From Edaphobacter sp. (GTDB lineage Bacteria > Acidobacteriota > Terriglobia > Terriglobales > Acidobacteriaceae), in NCBI GenBank assembly GCA_036521575.1, contig DATDHL010000638.1, positions 9,908 to 73,907 of the forward strand: a stretch of DNA of 64,000 bases. The letters run 5' to 3'. The notes beneath the pieces were generated by a model. It saw only the letters and a list, made by a program, of their open reading frames with translations, ran no database searches and was not told where the DNA came from. Positions within the stretch are counted from its first letter, which is position 1; each line of letters begins with the position of its first letter. Below are positions 1 through 9,866 of this stretch, one piece after another. The translations under genes were made by a program, and so were the position numbers.

Positions 1-3000
1 GAGCGCCGCTGGTCCACACTGCCCTTCGTGATTACACCTTGCGCATCCCGCGAGAGATTCACGAAGTGGCCCTGGTCTTCGACGAACTGGCAAGCGCTGT
101 TCGAAGCCAGGTTACCGAGACAGGTGCTTATGGGCGTTCCCGACGATGCGATCTGCGTGAGACCGAACGTCGATTCGCCGACGAGGGTCTTCAGCCGATA
201 GAAGCCAAACAGGGTAAGAGAGTGCGGACGATCGGTGGGAAGCGGACCGCCAAACGGCTTTCCGGCCGCCGTGAACTGCATCGTCGGGTTATCAAACGAA
301 CGGTTGTTGTTCGGGTTATGACGGCCGCCCGCGCCGTCGGTAATGAATGTGCTGGTCAGGCCGGGGTAGTTGCCGTACAGGCGGCTGTATGTGTAGAACG
401 CCGTCACCTGGTACTTGGTCGCACGTTTCTCCACGCGGAACTCCAAGCCGTTGTACACGCGGGAAGCAGCCGGTGTAGTTGGGCACGTTGGGCAGATACC
501 CTGAGGATCCAGGAACTGCGATGCGGAAGTGCCCGCCGGGGTACCGTTAATGGCTGCATTGCGATACACGTTCGGAAGCGCACGGTGCAGCAGGTCGCCA
601 TACCTTGAACCTGGGTTGCCGATGTAGTACCCGTACGTATCGTTCAGACCCATGTCTTCCGTCGTGGAGTCAAGCGCCTTGCGAACGTAGCGGGTGCTGA
701 ACGACAGCGACGGCGTCATCGCATACTCCGCGCCGGCCTGAACCTCGTGCTGAGCGGTCGGCTTGATGTTCGGGTCCACGCCAGGGTCATCCGAACTGTT
801 GTTCACAGCGCGGAAGTCGAGGTTCTCGATGAAGCGGCCGGCATTGCCGCCGGTCGCCATCGTGTCGGTGACCGCATTGGAGCCGACGCCCGGAGCCGAG
901 CCCGTCGTCGGGCAGGAGTGGCGGAAGCCGTCCGGACCCGCCGGCGCCGTCGGCACGATCAGATTGAAGTTCGGGTTGTCGAGCGTGTACGCGCAATCAT
1001 GCCAGTAGTTGCCGCCAAAGCTGCCCTGCGGAAGCGAGAACTTCAGGATGTCGAAGTATTTGCCATAGCTGGCAAATAGCTTGAACTTGCCGTTGTGCAA
1101 CAGGTCGTAGGCGCCGCCAATGCGAGGAGCGATCTTGCTGCCCCAGCCAAAGGTGATGCTCGGATCGCCCGCGACATACGGCGGCATGTACTCACGATCA
1201 AAGCGGACACCCGCATTGATCGTCAGACCGGTATGTCCCACAGTCCAGTCGTCCTGCACATAGAAACCATGCGCATTGGAGTTCATCTTGCCAAGAACGT
1301 CGGTGCCGTCGCGCACGATGTAGTAGCCGTAGTTGCCAGTACAACTTGAAGGAGCCGATGACCATGTCGCCTTGTTGGCCGCGATGATGGCGTCGCACGC
1401 CGTGGGATTGGTGCCAGGAGAGTAGGTCTGACCAGAACCATAGAAGAGCAACACTTGCGCATAGTCGAAGATTGTCTTCACGTTGTTGCCCGTGCGCACA
1501 AACTGGTAGCCACCCTTGAAATTGTGCGTGCCCGCCCATCCGCTCCTCAGGTGGGAGATGTCGAAGTTCAGCCCTTTCCGCGTATAGGTGTTGAAGAACG
1601 TCGGCTGGTTGGCCGAGATGTTAGCAAAGCCCGTTGTGTTCTGATATGCCGTCGGGATCGCGGTTCCGGAGAGCGTCGAGGTCGTACCGCTTGCGGAGTT
1701 CTGGTACACATACCGCAGGCCGGATGCAGCACCCAGCGAGTGCGTATTGTTGAACATGTAACCGTAGCGCGCCGTGATCAGCGTCCGGGAACCCAGCGTG
1801 TAATCAGCACCAAACGAGTACACCGAAATCGGGTTCACAAAGCCACCGTCAGAGCGGAAGTTCGCCGGGTTCGTGCTGGCTTGCGTGTTCGTCTGGCCCA
1901 GCTTGCTGTCAGGATTCGGAAGCTGCCCCACGATGCGGAGGAAGTTGTAGTCCCACCCGGCGAAGAGGTGCAGTTTTGCAGTCGGACTGTAATCCAGCTG
2001 CACAACAGCGGCATGCGTGTCTGCGCTGTTGTAGTAGCTGTGCGGCCCCGCGTTGCCTACGTACGTGGACACCGCATCGCGCCGCGTCCGCTGAAAGTCC
2101 GGCGCGTAGCTCGCAAACATGAACAGCTTGTCGGTAACCAGTGGGCCGCCGATCTGGAAGCTCGGGTCCACGTAGCGATAGTGGTCCTGCTTGGCGATGT
2201 AGTACTGTGCGGTCGCGTCCGAGCGGGGGGCCTGGCCTGTCGACGACGGGCTCGACGACGAGTTCGCCGATGTTGCAGGATCGTACCGCAGGAAGCAGAC
2301 CGTGCTCATCGCGCACTGGTCATTGGCATCCATGAAGCTCGAGCGGTACTGTAACGAAACGCCGCCGTGCCAGGAGCTGGTGCCGCGTTCCGGAATCACA
2401 TTGATCACGCCGCCCAATGCGCCGCCGTACTGGGCATCGATGGCGCCGTTCTTGATGGAAACCTGCTGGAAGAACTCGCCAGGGACATTGAGACCGATAC
2501 CGCCGCCCTGAATGTTCGTGATGTTCACGCCATCCATCAGGTAGAGGTTTTCGGAGTCCGATGCGCCATCCACCTGGAAGCCATTCGAACGGCTGCTACC
2601 GCCACCTATGTTCGCATTACCAGCAGCATTCGCTGTGGACGAGCCGTTCACAATCGCAAGACTCCCCAGCGGCTCCTGGCGGACTCCCGGGGCCAGCGTA
2701 AGGACGGACTGGAACGAGCGGCCCGACTTCGGCAGAGCTGCAATCTGTTCTTTGTTGATCACCGTCTCGACTTTGCTCTGCGTAACGTCGACCATCGCCA
2801 CCGACGAATTGACGTCAACAATTGCCATAGTACCGGCAGTAGTGAGTTTGATATTGAAATTGGGGAGATCGCCTGCTGAAAGTTTTAAATCGGTAGCCTT
2901 GAAGGACATGCCGCTACCGTCAACGACAATCATGTAGCTACCGGGAGGCAGCGCATTGAGCCGATAGAAACCGTGGGAGTCCGTTTTGGTGGACGCCGAC

Positions 3001-3179
3001 TTGATAAGACTGTTGCTGGTGGCCGTTACAGTAGCGTTGGGCACGACGGCGCCGGTTGGGTCGGTGACGGTGCCCTGGACAGCGGCGGTGGTCTCTTGTG
3101 CGTTGGCGGTGGGGAGCGCCGCGAAAGTAAGCAGCAGCAGGAAGAGCACTGCTGACAGACTGCGGGAAATGATTCTCAT
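1..3179 (-). CDS. TonB-dependent receptor (Oar-like, N-terminal carboxypeptidase-regulatory-like domain); 3' end runs off the window
   Basis: Absent from the ORF track, presumably because no stop lies in the window. Manual translation from ATG 3179: signal peptide MRIISRSLSAVLFLLLLTFAALPTANA, then QETTAAVQGTVTDPTGAVVPNATVT, plug motif ENLYLMDGVNIT...DAQYGGALGGVINV. Confidence 0.9.
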   Translation of the reverse strand, partial: MRIISRSLSAVLFLLLLTFAALPTANAQETTAAVQGTVTDPTGAVVPNATVTATSNSLIKSASTKTDSHGFYRLNALPPGSYMIVVDGSGMSFKATDLKLSAGDLPNFNIKLTTAGTMAIVDVNSSVAMVDVTQSKVETVINKEQIAALPKSGRSFQSVLTLAPGVRQEPLGSLAIVNGSSTANAAGNANIGGGSSRSNGFQVDGASDSENLYLMDGVNITNIQGGGIGLNVPGEFFQQVSIKNGAIDAQYGGALGGVINVIPERGTSSWHGGVSLQYRSSFMDANDQCAMSTVCFLRYDPATSANSSSSPSSTGQAPRSDATAQYYIAKQDHYRYVDPSFQIGGPLVTDKLFMFASYAPDFQRTRRDAVSTYVGNAGPHSYYNSADTHAAVVQLDYSPTAKLHLFAGWDYNFLRIVGQLPNPDSKLGQTNTQASTNPANFRSDGGFVNPISVYSFGADYTLGSRTLITARYGYMFNNTHSLGAASGLRYVYQNSASGTTSTLSGTAIPTAYQNTTGFANISANQPTFFNTYTRKGLNFDISHLRSGWAGTHNFKGGYQFVRTGNNVKTIFDYAQVLLFYGSGQTYSPGTNPTACDAIIAANKATWSSAPSSCTGNYGYYIVRDGTDVLGKMNSNAHGFYVQDDWTVGHTGLTINAGVRFDREYMPPYVAGDPSITFGWGSKIAPRIGGAYDLLHNGKFKLFASYGKYFDILKFSLPQGSFGGNYWHDCAYTLDNPNFNLIVPTAPAGPDGFRHSCPTTGSAPGVGSNAVTDTMATGGNAGRFIENLDFRAVNNSSDDPGVDPNIKPTAQHEVQAGAEYAMTPSLSFSTRYVRKALDSTTEDMGLNDTYGYYIGNPGSRYGDLLHRALPNVYRNAAINGTPAGTSASQFLDPQGICPTCPTTPAASRVYNGLEFRVEKRATKYQVTAFYTYSRLYGNYPGLTSTFITDGAGGRHNPNNNRSFDNPTMQFTAAGKPFGGPLPTDRPHSLTLFGFYRLKTLVGESTFGLTQIASSGTPISTCLGNLASNSACQFVEDQGHFVNLSRDAQGVITKGSVDQRR

Positions 3180-3588
3180 CTCGTTTGGCCTCTAGAAAGA
3201 TGTTTTCCACGCGAACATTTGCGAGGAGTTAATCGTTTGGCCTTGTCGCGATTCTGTGACCGCGGTACAAAGGCGCAGCATTGAACCGTACAGAGACAGG
3301 AGGGTGCATTCAGGCACACTTCTGCAGTGTCTGCAATAAGGACAGAGAGCGGTTTTTGGCCACCTTCTGTCAGGTTTTGATATAAGGGAGAAACTACAGG
3401 GCCACGTGTTACAGGTCAATGAAAAAATTGTGACAAAAAGCAACTTTTTGTGACGGATGGCGTCACCAGGTCGGACGAAATTCGTTAGCTGAGCCAAGAG
3501 ACACTGATATATAGTGGTTTATTGGCATAAACTGCCCTGTTTCTGTTGCAGTCTTTGATGGGGCGATAATCGCTGTGCGTGGGGCGAA

Positions 3589-3936
3589 TTAGTCGTCGAT
3601 GCGGTCGTCGTGGCTGGGGGGCTGGCTTGTGACGACGATTCGGACAGCGTCGGGGCCGCGGTTGATGGCCTGGTGGGACTGGCCAGGGGCGACTTCGATG
3701 CCCTGGCCGGGGTGGAGGGTGAATTCGTGGTGCTCGATCTCGATGGTGAGGGCGCCGGAGAGGACGTAGAAGAATTGGCGGGAGCGGGTGTGGTGGTGGC
3801 GAGTCTCGGCGGTGCCGGGGGGCATGAGTTCTTCGATGATGCTGAGGTCGGGGGTCTTGACGAGGTGCCAGCCGTCACAGTTGTTTCCCCAGGTGTAGTG
3901 CTCGGCGGTGGTGGTGTCGATGGGTTTTGCGGGCAT
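3589..3936 (-). CDS. Cupin domain protein
   Basis: ETRHHHTRSRQFFYVLSG...VAPGQSHQ cupin motifs; start taken at MPAKPID (ATG 3936). Confidence 0.85.
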   Translation of the reverse strand: MPAKPIDTTTAEHYTWGNNCDGWHLVKTPDLSIIEELMPPGTAETRHHHTRSRQFFYVLSGALTIEIEHHEFTLHPGQGIEVAPGQSHQAINRGPDAVRIVVTSQPPSHDDRIDD

Positions 3937-4066
3937 GAGTACAGGGTATAGGGGAGTGGGAGAAACAAGGGCAAGCGCAACGGGTGGTGGATCGGTTTGA
4001 ACCGACGAAGTGAGGTTTCCGAAACCTGACTTTGCGGGAACTTGATTAGCAGAACCATCATCCGGC

Positions 4067-4612
4067 TCAATAGATCTCGTCCTTAGAGATGTCCATCTTC
4101 GCCAAATCAAAAGCGAGCATCATTCCCAGCTCACGAACGACGCCTTTGCTTGGTGTCCACCGATCCACGACGTGATACCGCCCTGCTCTCACCCCTTCGA
4201 TGATCCACTGAGAGCCGTCTGTTCCCCTCTGATCGTTCACGGGATTCGGAGCATCCCAGAAACGAAGCTCGCTAACCCGTTTTAGGAATGCTTGCGTCTG
4301 CTCTTTGCTGACCAATTGCGATCTTTGTTCGCCGAGGACACCTGGACGGAAACCCGCCGCTCCGCTTGCCACTTTGACGATCAAGGTGCTGGTGCCGTCC
4401 GGGTTCGGGTCAAGTCGGATTGCGATAGGGTGATGGAATGTTCTAAGCCAAAGGAATCTGTAGGACTCTACGGAAGTACTCTTGCTCAAGGAATAAAGCG
4501 ATGGTTCCTCAAGTGCACGCAGTTGAGATGAATACCACTGGCTCTTAAGGCTTCCTTTGAGATCTAAGGAAGACTTGGGAAAGTCTTGCCCTCGCGCACT
4601 TGTGAGACTCAA
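4067..4612 (-). CDS. Hypothetical protein, possibly exported; start uncertain
   Basis: 181-aa ORF with YRFLWLRTFHHP and DGSQWIIEG segments; lower GC than flanks. Confidence 0.65.
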   Translation of the reverse strand: MSLTSARGQDFPKSSLDLKGSLKSQWYSSQLRALEEPSLYSLSKSTSVESYRFLWLRTFHHPIAIRLDPNPDGTSTLIVKVASGAAGFRPGVLGEQRSQLVSKEQTQAFLKRVSELRFWDAPNPVNDQRGTDGSQWIIEGVRAGRYHVVDRWTPSKGVVRELGMMLAFDLAKMDISKDEIY

Positions 4613-4821
4613 CGCAACTGCTAGCGGAATAGCCCAAAAGACTTTGATGGTGCCCCTACTTTCGATCGATCAGCTCAGATTTACACGTGTTTGGTGCCTC
4701 AGTGTTTAGACACCCTCGGTGGCTCCAATGTTCCGCTTACCGTAACTTCTCCAGAAACGGGGTTATTGACAATTACGGGTTCATAAAAGGCAACAGCAAA
4801 AAAACAACGACAGAACGACAA

Positions 4822-4917
4822 AACAGATCCCTACGGGATGACAACAAAAAAGAACATGCAACGACAACTGCAAACGCAGGTCCTTCGACTGCGGCTTTGC
4901 CGTCGCTCAGGATGACA
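4822..4917. repeat. REP-like intergenic palindromic elements in an A-rich tract
   Basis: AACAGATCCCTACGGGATGACAAC, and on the minus strand GTCATCCTGAGCGACGGCAAAGCCGCAGTCGAAGGACCTGCG, which resembles the element at 49054. Confidence 0.6.
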
Positions 4918-4972
4918 CATCATGGTGACGGTTTAGGTGGTGTTTGAGGGTGATGGGCGCTTGATAGAGGTT

Positions 4973-6625
4973 CTATAGCGGTATGTTTCCGTGCTTTTTG
5001 GGTGGGTTCTTTTCGCGCTTGGTGGAGAGCATGTCTAAGGCGGTGTTTAGGCGGCGGCGGGTTTCGCTGGGGTGGATGACGGCGTCGATGTAGCCTCGCT
5101 CGGCGGCTACGTAGGGGTTGGCGAAGCGCTCGCGGAACTCTTCTACTTTTTCGGCTCGGATCTCGGCTAGGATTTCTAGTTTTTTCTCTTCGGTGAGGGA
5201 GACACCTTGGGGCATGACGGCTTCGGCGCGGCGTAGGGTGGCGTCGAACTCGCGCTTGTAGACGATGTTGACGGCGCCTTCGGGGCCCATGACGGCGATC
5301 TCGGCGGTGGGCCAGGCCAGGTTGACGTCGGTGCGGAGGTGTTTGCTGCTCATGACACAGTAGGCTCCGCCGTAGGCTTTGCGGGTGATGACGGTGAGCT
5401 TGGGGACGGTGGCTTCGGCGAAGGCGTAAAGGAGCTTGGCGCCGTGGCGGATGATGCCGCCGTGCTCCTGCTGGGTGCCGGGCATGAAGCCGGGGACGTC
5501 TTCGAAGGTGATGAGCGGGATGTTGAAGGCGTCGCAGAAGCGAACGAAGCGGGCGCCTTTGACGGAGGCGTTGATGTCGAGGACTCCAGCGAGGACGGCG
5601 GGTTGGTTGGCTACGATGCCTACGGGGCGGCCGTTCATGCGGGCGAATCCTACGACGAGGTTGCGGGCGAAGTGCTCGTGGATTTGGAAGAGATAGCCGT
5701 CGTCGACGATCTTCGTGATGACTTCGACCATGTCGTAGGGTTGGTTGGATTCGTCGGGGATGATGGTCTCGAGGGCGGCGTCGGCGCGGCCGGGATCGTC
5801 GGTGGTGGGCTTGCGGGGTGGGTCGTCGAGGTTGTTGGAGGGGATGAAGGAGACGAGCTCGCGGATGGTGGCGAGGCACTCGCGGTCGTCGTGCGCCATG
5901 AAGTGGGCTACGCCGGAGATCTCGTTGTGGGTGGCGGCTCCGCCGAGGGCGTCTTTGGTGACGTCTTCGTGGAGGACGGTCTTGATGACGTCGGGACCGG
6001 TGACGAACATGTAGCTGGTCTTCTCGGTCATCAGGGTGAAGTCGGTGATGGCTGGGGAGTAGACGGCTCCTCCGGCGCAGGGGCCCAGGATGGCGGAGAT
6101 TTGCGGGATGACTCCGCTGGAGAGAGTGTTGCGGAGGAAGATGTCGGTGTAGCCGGCGAGGGAGACGACGCCTTCCTGGATGCGGGCGCCGCCGGAGTCG
6201 TTGAGGCCGATGACGGGCGCGCCGACGCGGAGGGCGGTGTCCATGATCTTGACGATCTTGGCGGCGTTGGACTCGGAGAGGGAGCCGCCGAAGACGGTGA
6301 AGTCCTGGGCGAAGACGAAGACGACGCGGCCTTGGATGCGGCCGTGGCCGGTGATGAAGCCGTCGCCGGGGACGCGCTGGTCGGCCATGCCGAAGTCGGT
6401 GGCTCGGTGGGTGACGAATTTGTCGGTCTCTTCGAAGGTGCCCTCGTCGAGGAGGAGGTCGATGCGCTCGCGGGCGGAGAGCTTGCCGAGTTTGTGCTCG
6501 CGGGCGCGGCGCTCGGGGCCTCCGCCCTCTTCGGCGATGGCGTGGCGGGCGGCCAGCTCGGCTAATTTGCGCTGGTGGGACGTGGGCTTTTGTTGCGGGG
6601 GAGCGGGATGTTCGGCGGCGGCCAT
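4973..6625 (-). CDS. pccB: Acyl-CoA (propionyl-CoA-type) carboxylase, carboxyltransferase beta subunit
   Basis: [74 protein letters not shown]. Confidence 0.93.
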   Translation of the reverse strand: MAAAEHPAPPQQKPTSHQRKLAELAARHAIAEEGGGPERRAREHKLGKLSARERIDLLLDEGTFEETDKFVTHRATDFGMADQRVPGDGFITGHGRIQGRVVFVFAQDFTVFGGSLSESNAAKIVKIMDTALRVGAPVIGLNDSGGARIQEGVVSLAGYTDIFLRNTLSSGVIPQISAILGPCAGGAVYSPAITDFTLMTEKTSYMFVTGPDVIKTVLHEDVTKDALGGAATHNEISGVAHFMAHDDRECLATIRELVSFIPSNNLDDPPRKPTTDDPGRADAALETIIPDESNQPYDMVEVITKIVDDGYLFQIHEHFARNLVVGFARMNGRPVGIVANQPAVLAGVLDINASVKGARFVRFCDAFNIPLITFEDVPGFMPGTQQEHGGIIRHGAKLLYAFAEATVPKLTVITRKAYGGAYCVMSSKHLRTDVNLAWPTAEIAVMGPEGAVNIVYKREFDATLRRAEAVMPQGVSLTEEKKLEILAEIRAEKVEEFRERFANPYVAAERGYIDAVIHPSETRRRLNTALDMLSTKREKNPPKKHGNIPL

Positions 6626-6714
6626 AGGGAGCGATTTTAGCAAGCGGAGGTATGGGTTTGCGGACAGGGGTAATCAGCGGAGCGTATATTGCGTCGTAGA
6701 CAGCTGAGGCTCCT

Positions 6715-7041
6715 ATGCTTCCTTCCAATAATTGCGTTGCGATTCACCTTACGGATATTTCGGCGGCGGAGAACTACTATACGAACGTGATGAAGTTTGA
6801 GATGGTGAGCCGGACGGAGACGAGCGTCGCGTACAACGCAGGGGGCTTCCTTCTGAAGGTGAACGCGGACCTGAATCCGGGGCCGCCGATTCCCAGCTTT
6901 CCGGTGAAAGATATTCGGGCGGCTAAGGACGGGCTGATCGCGAATGGGTGCACGATTCTGCTGGATAACGGGGACTCGCTCTGCTTCAGGGACCCGTTTG
7001 GCATTGTCTATTGCGTGGCGGAAGAGAAGACGGACAACTAG
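6715..7041 (+). CDS. VOC/glyoxalase family protein
   Basis: 108 aa; VAIHLTDISAAENYY...FRDPFGIVY pattern. Confidence 0.75.
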   Translation: MLPSNNCVAIHLTDISAAENYYTNVMKFEMVSRTETSVAYNAGGFLLKVNADLNPGPPIPSFPVKDIRAAKDGLIANGCTILLDNGDSLCFRDPFGIVYCVAEEKTDN

Positions 7042-8049
7042 TAGGGCTCTGAATTTTCTGGAATTGGGACTACGACGATTCCCCTTTGGGCACAGAACTG
7101 ATTGAGGATCGGAAACCATTGCTCGTGGATCGCAGCTGGGTCTTCGAACTTGGTAGCCGGGCTCAGTACGTGACCGATAAGAGTCATCTCATCAGCTAGC
7201 ACGAGAGGGCTGAATCGCCTCTTACACTCAGCATCGTAGAAAATGCTAAATTGCCTGCTTTCTTTTCTCAGAATAATTATCTGTGAGACTGACCAAGTAG
7301 GAGATCCCTCCAAAGAGTGTCACCAGAGCCCACCCCTTTCCCATGCCGGCACTGAGATAACACATCACGCTGTGTTGATAAGGAGTTTGAATATAAGCGC
7401 TCATCAACCCCGCGTTGGGAAAAAAGCGAACGGGTAGGTCCTCCGGGCGATCTATTACGCGAGCCGCTCTGACTGCATCGAACTGCGCACTTAGAGCGAA
7501 TTCTGCACCGTACTGCAACGCTATCGCCGTCAAAGCGATCTTCGCTGCCACTTTGCGGGCATGAAGGGACGCTATGAAGTGCACGGTAACGGTGTAGTCG
7601 GACTCAATTACGATCTCCTTTGGAACTTCTTGTTCTGATACCTTAAGGCCTCTGTCACGCGCTTTATCAGTAAACTTCTGTGCTGCTTCTTGGGTGAGGA
7701 AAAATCCTTGCCTTAGCCTTCTGCCATCGACGCTGGTCGACTCAACAACCACGTCTCTTAGATTGATTTCTCCTTTGCCATCCATAAAAGCCGGGAGCTT
7801 TCCCAAATCTAAGCCACGAATCTTCGCATTCAATCTTGCATTCGGTACAACATCATCGCGATTCTTGATCTGCAATAAATTCAGGATAGGGATTGTCGCC
7901 TATTTGATCGCTGCTTCGGAAACACCGAAGTCGCCGTTGCAGCTCTTGCAACTACCGTTGGGTACTACTTCTAGCGTACCGCCCATAAAAGCCGGGAACA
8001 CATGCTCATCTGTAAGGTTCTCCTCGGTGCGACAAAAAAGGCATCCCAT
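7038..8049 (-). pseudogene. HNH endonuclease-domain gene with an in-frame TAG and a frameshift
   Basis: ATG 8049: MGCLFCRTEENLTDEHVFPAFMGG...SCKSCNGDFG; TAG at 7900-7902; the same frame continues (ORF 7246-7875); frame change in an A run near 7260-7267 leads into ORF 7038-7313. Confidence 0.75.
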
Positions 8050-8215
8050 AGTCATTCCCCAGCTTTAGCAACTGCCAACGCGAGCTAGCTTGCCAAGCCG
8101 AGGATACACAAACGCCAGGCTGAGACCTTTACGATGCACATATTCACATTCTGTCTGGCCCGAAGATCTTCGGATTGGATGGTCAACAGATCCTTCCGTG
8201 ACAGAATAATTTGGC

Positions 8216-8235
8216 GAAGATAGAGCGAATATAAT
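8216..8235 (+). promoter_or_regulatory. Putative LexA-type box (GAAG-N7-GAAT) overlapping a TATAAT -10 element
   Basis: GAAGatagagcGAATATAAT immediately upstream of the Y-family polymerase; degenerate match to GAAC-N7-GAAC. Confidence 0.45.
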
Positions 8236-8250
8236 CTGTTCATATTACTT

Positions 8251-9573
8251 ATGGACTTCACTCCTTATCCCGATCGGTTTGGGTTTCTGCATATCGACCT
8301 GAACTCGTTTTTTGCTTCGGTGGAGCAGCAGTTGGAGCCGAAGTATCGGGGGCGGCCGCTGGCGGTTGTGCCTACGATGGCGGATACGACTTGCTGCATT
8401 GCGGCTAGCTATGAGGCGAAGGCGCTGGGGATCAAGACCGGGACGCAGGTGGGGGAGGCGAAGAAGTTGTGTCCGGAGATTGTGCTGATCGAGGGGAATC
8501 ATACGGAGTATGCGAAATACTCGAAGGCGATTGCGGATGCGGTGGAGTTGTGTTGTCCGGTGGCGCATACGCCTTCGATTGATGAGATGGTGTGTCAGCT
8601 GATTGGGCGGGAGCAGGAGCCTCCGCGGGCGCGGAAGATTGCGCTGGATATTAAGCAGTCGATTTATAAGAACGTGGGTGTGGCGCTGCGGTGTTCGATT
8701 GGGATGGCCCCGAATCGGTATCTCGCGAAGATTGCGAGCGATATGCAGAAGCCGGATGGGCTGATCGGGCTGCTGCCTTCGCAGTTGCCGCGGGCGATTG
8801 CGCATCTTGAGCTGCGGGACCTGCCGGGGGTGGGGGCGCGGACGGAGGTTCGGCTGAATGCGAAGGGCATAACGACGATGGAGCAGTTGCTGGCGCTTGA
8901 TCGTGCGGGGATGCATAAGTTGTGGGACAGCGTGTGGGGCGACAGGCTGTATCACTGGCTGCGGGGTGAGGCGACGGGGGACGATGGAGCGCCGGTGTCG
9001 AGTGGGGTGCAGAAGTCGCTGGGGCACTCGCATGTGATGGCTCCGGAGTTTCGATCGCAAGAGGGTGCGTGGTCGGTGGCGCATAAGCTGCTGCATAAGG
9101 CGGCGATGCGGCTGCGGATGGAGAAGTTTTATGCGGGGTCGATGGCGGTGACGATTCGGTTTCAGCTGACTCGGGAGCAGGCGGAGAGGATGGCGAAGGC
9201 GAAGAAACACTTCAGCGGGATCAAGCACTCGGGGTGGGGGATGGAGGCGCGGTTCAGGGATTGTCAGGATACGCTGACGCTGCTGGAGGTGCTGCGCGGG
9301 ATTTGGAAGCAGAGGCCTCAGGGGGTTGAGTTTCAGCGACCGTTTTTTGTGGGGGTGACGCTGCGGGATCTGATTCCGGAGAATGAGCATCAGGAGGATC
9401 TGTTTGGGGATCCGAATAATCGCGGGCAGCTTTCGGCGACGATGGATAAGCTGAATCTGAAGTATGGGCATACGACGCTGCATTTTGCGGGGATGCTTCC
9501 GGCGCGGGAGAGTGCGCCTACGCGGATCGCGTTTACGCAGATTCCGGTGCAGTATGGGGTGGATTATATGTAA
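8251..9573 (+). CDS. dinB: Y-family DNA polymerase (DinB/Pol IV-like), catalytic motifs intact
   Basis: HIDLNSFFASVEQ, AASYEAK, SIDE, SIGMAPNRYLAKIASDMQKPDG, LPGVG. Confidence 0.85.
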   Translation: MDFTPYPDRFGFLHIDLNSFFASVEQQLEPKYRGRPLAVVPTMADTTCCIAASYEAKALGIKTGTQVGEAKKLCPEIVLIEGNHTEYAKYSKAIADAVELCCPVAHTPSIDEMVCQLIGREQEPPRARKIALDIKQSIYKNVGVALRCSIGMAPNRYLAKIASDMQKPDGLIGLLPSQLPRAIAHLELRDLPGVGARTEVRLNAKGITTMEQLLALDRAGMHKLWDSVWGDRLYHWLRGEATGDDGAPVSSGVQKSLGHSHVMAPEFRSQEGAWSVAHKLLHKAAMRLRMEKFYAGSMAVTIRFQLTREQAERMAKAKKHFSGIKHSGWGMEARFRDCQDTLTLLEVLRGIWKQRPQGVEFQRPFFVGVTLRDLIPENEHQEDLFGDPNNRGQLSATMDKLNLKYGHTTLHFAGMLPARESAPTRIAFTQIPVQYGVDYM

Positions 9574-9587
9574 GCTGGGGGGACGTT

Positions 9588-9866
9588 ATGAGCCTGCTCG
9601 ATGGAAAGGTCGCCCCACAATCCTGGTTGGATAGAGTTAGTCCCAAGGGATTACTCATTACGTGCGGAGTCAGTTTTTTAGGTTCCACAATCGCGTTTCC
9701 GTTGCTCGCATTTGGTGCCTTCTCTGCGAAAGATGAGAACGGGTGGATTAATGGCCTTCTCATGCTGATCGTTGCAGTCTGGTTATTCAGCGGCTTGTTC
9801 CTTTTTGTTATGGGCGCTGTCTTTTGGATTCAGCACAGACACGATCGCGATGACACTGTCGTATAA
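9588..9866 (+). CDS. Small two-TM membrane protein
   Basis: 92 aa with two hydrophobic stretches; GGGGGA RBS-like sequence upstream. Confidence 0.55.
   Translation: MSLLDGKVAPQSWLDRVSPKGLLITCGVSFLGSTIAFPLLAFGAFSAKDENGWINGLLMLIVAVWLFSGLFLFVMGAVFWIQHRHDRDDTVV

Noticed and set aside
3501-3517. ACACTGATATATAGTGG as an NrdR box
   Set aside because: One extra base breaks the 16-bp consensus and no ribonucleotide reductase gene is nearby
4920-6728. Long alternative-frame and antisense ORFs (e.g. 4920-6728, 8245-9483, 18497-19933, 24512-25768, 44149-45438, 62091-63614)
   Set aside because: Arg/Pro/His-rich or antisense shadows of well-supported genes, expected from high GC and strong codon bias
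7900-7902. Programmed readthrough (pyrrolysine) of the TAG in the HNH gene
   Set aside because: No pyl genes in the window and a second lesion in the same gene; pseudogenisation is simpler
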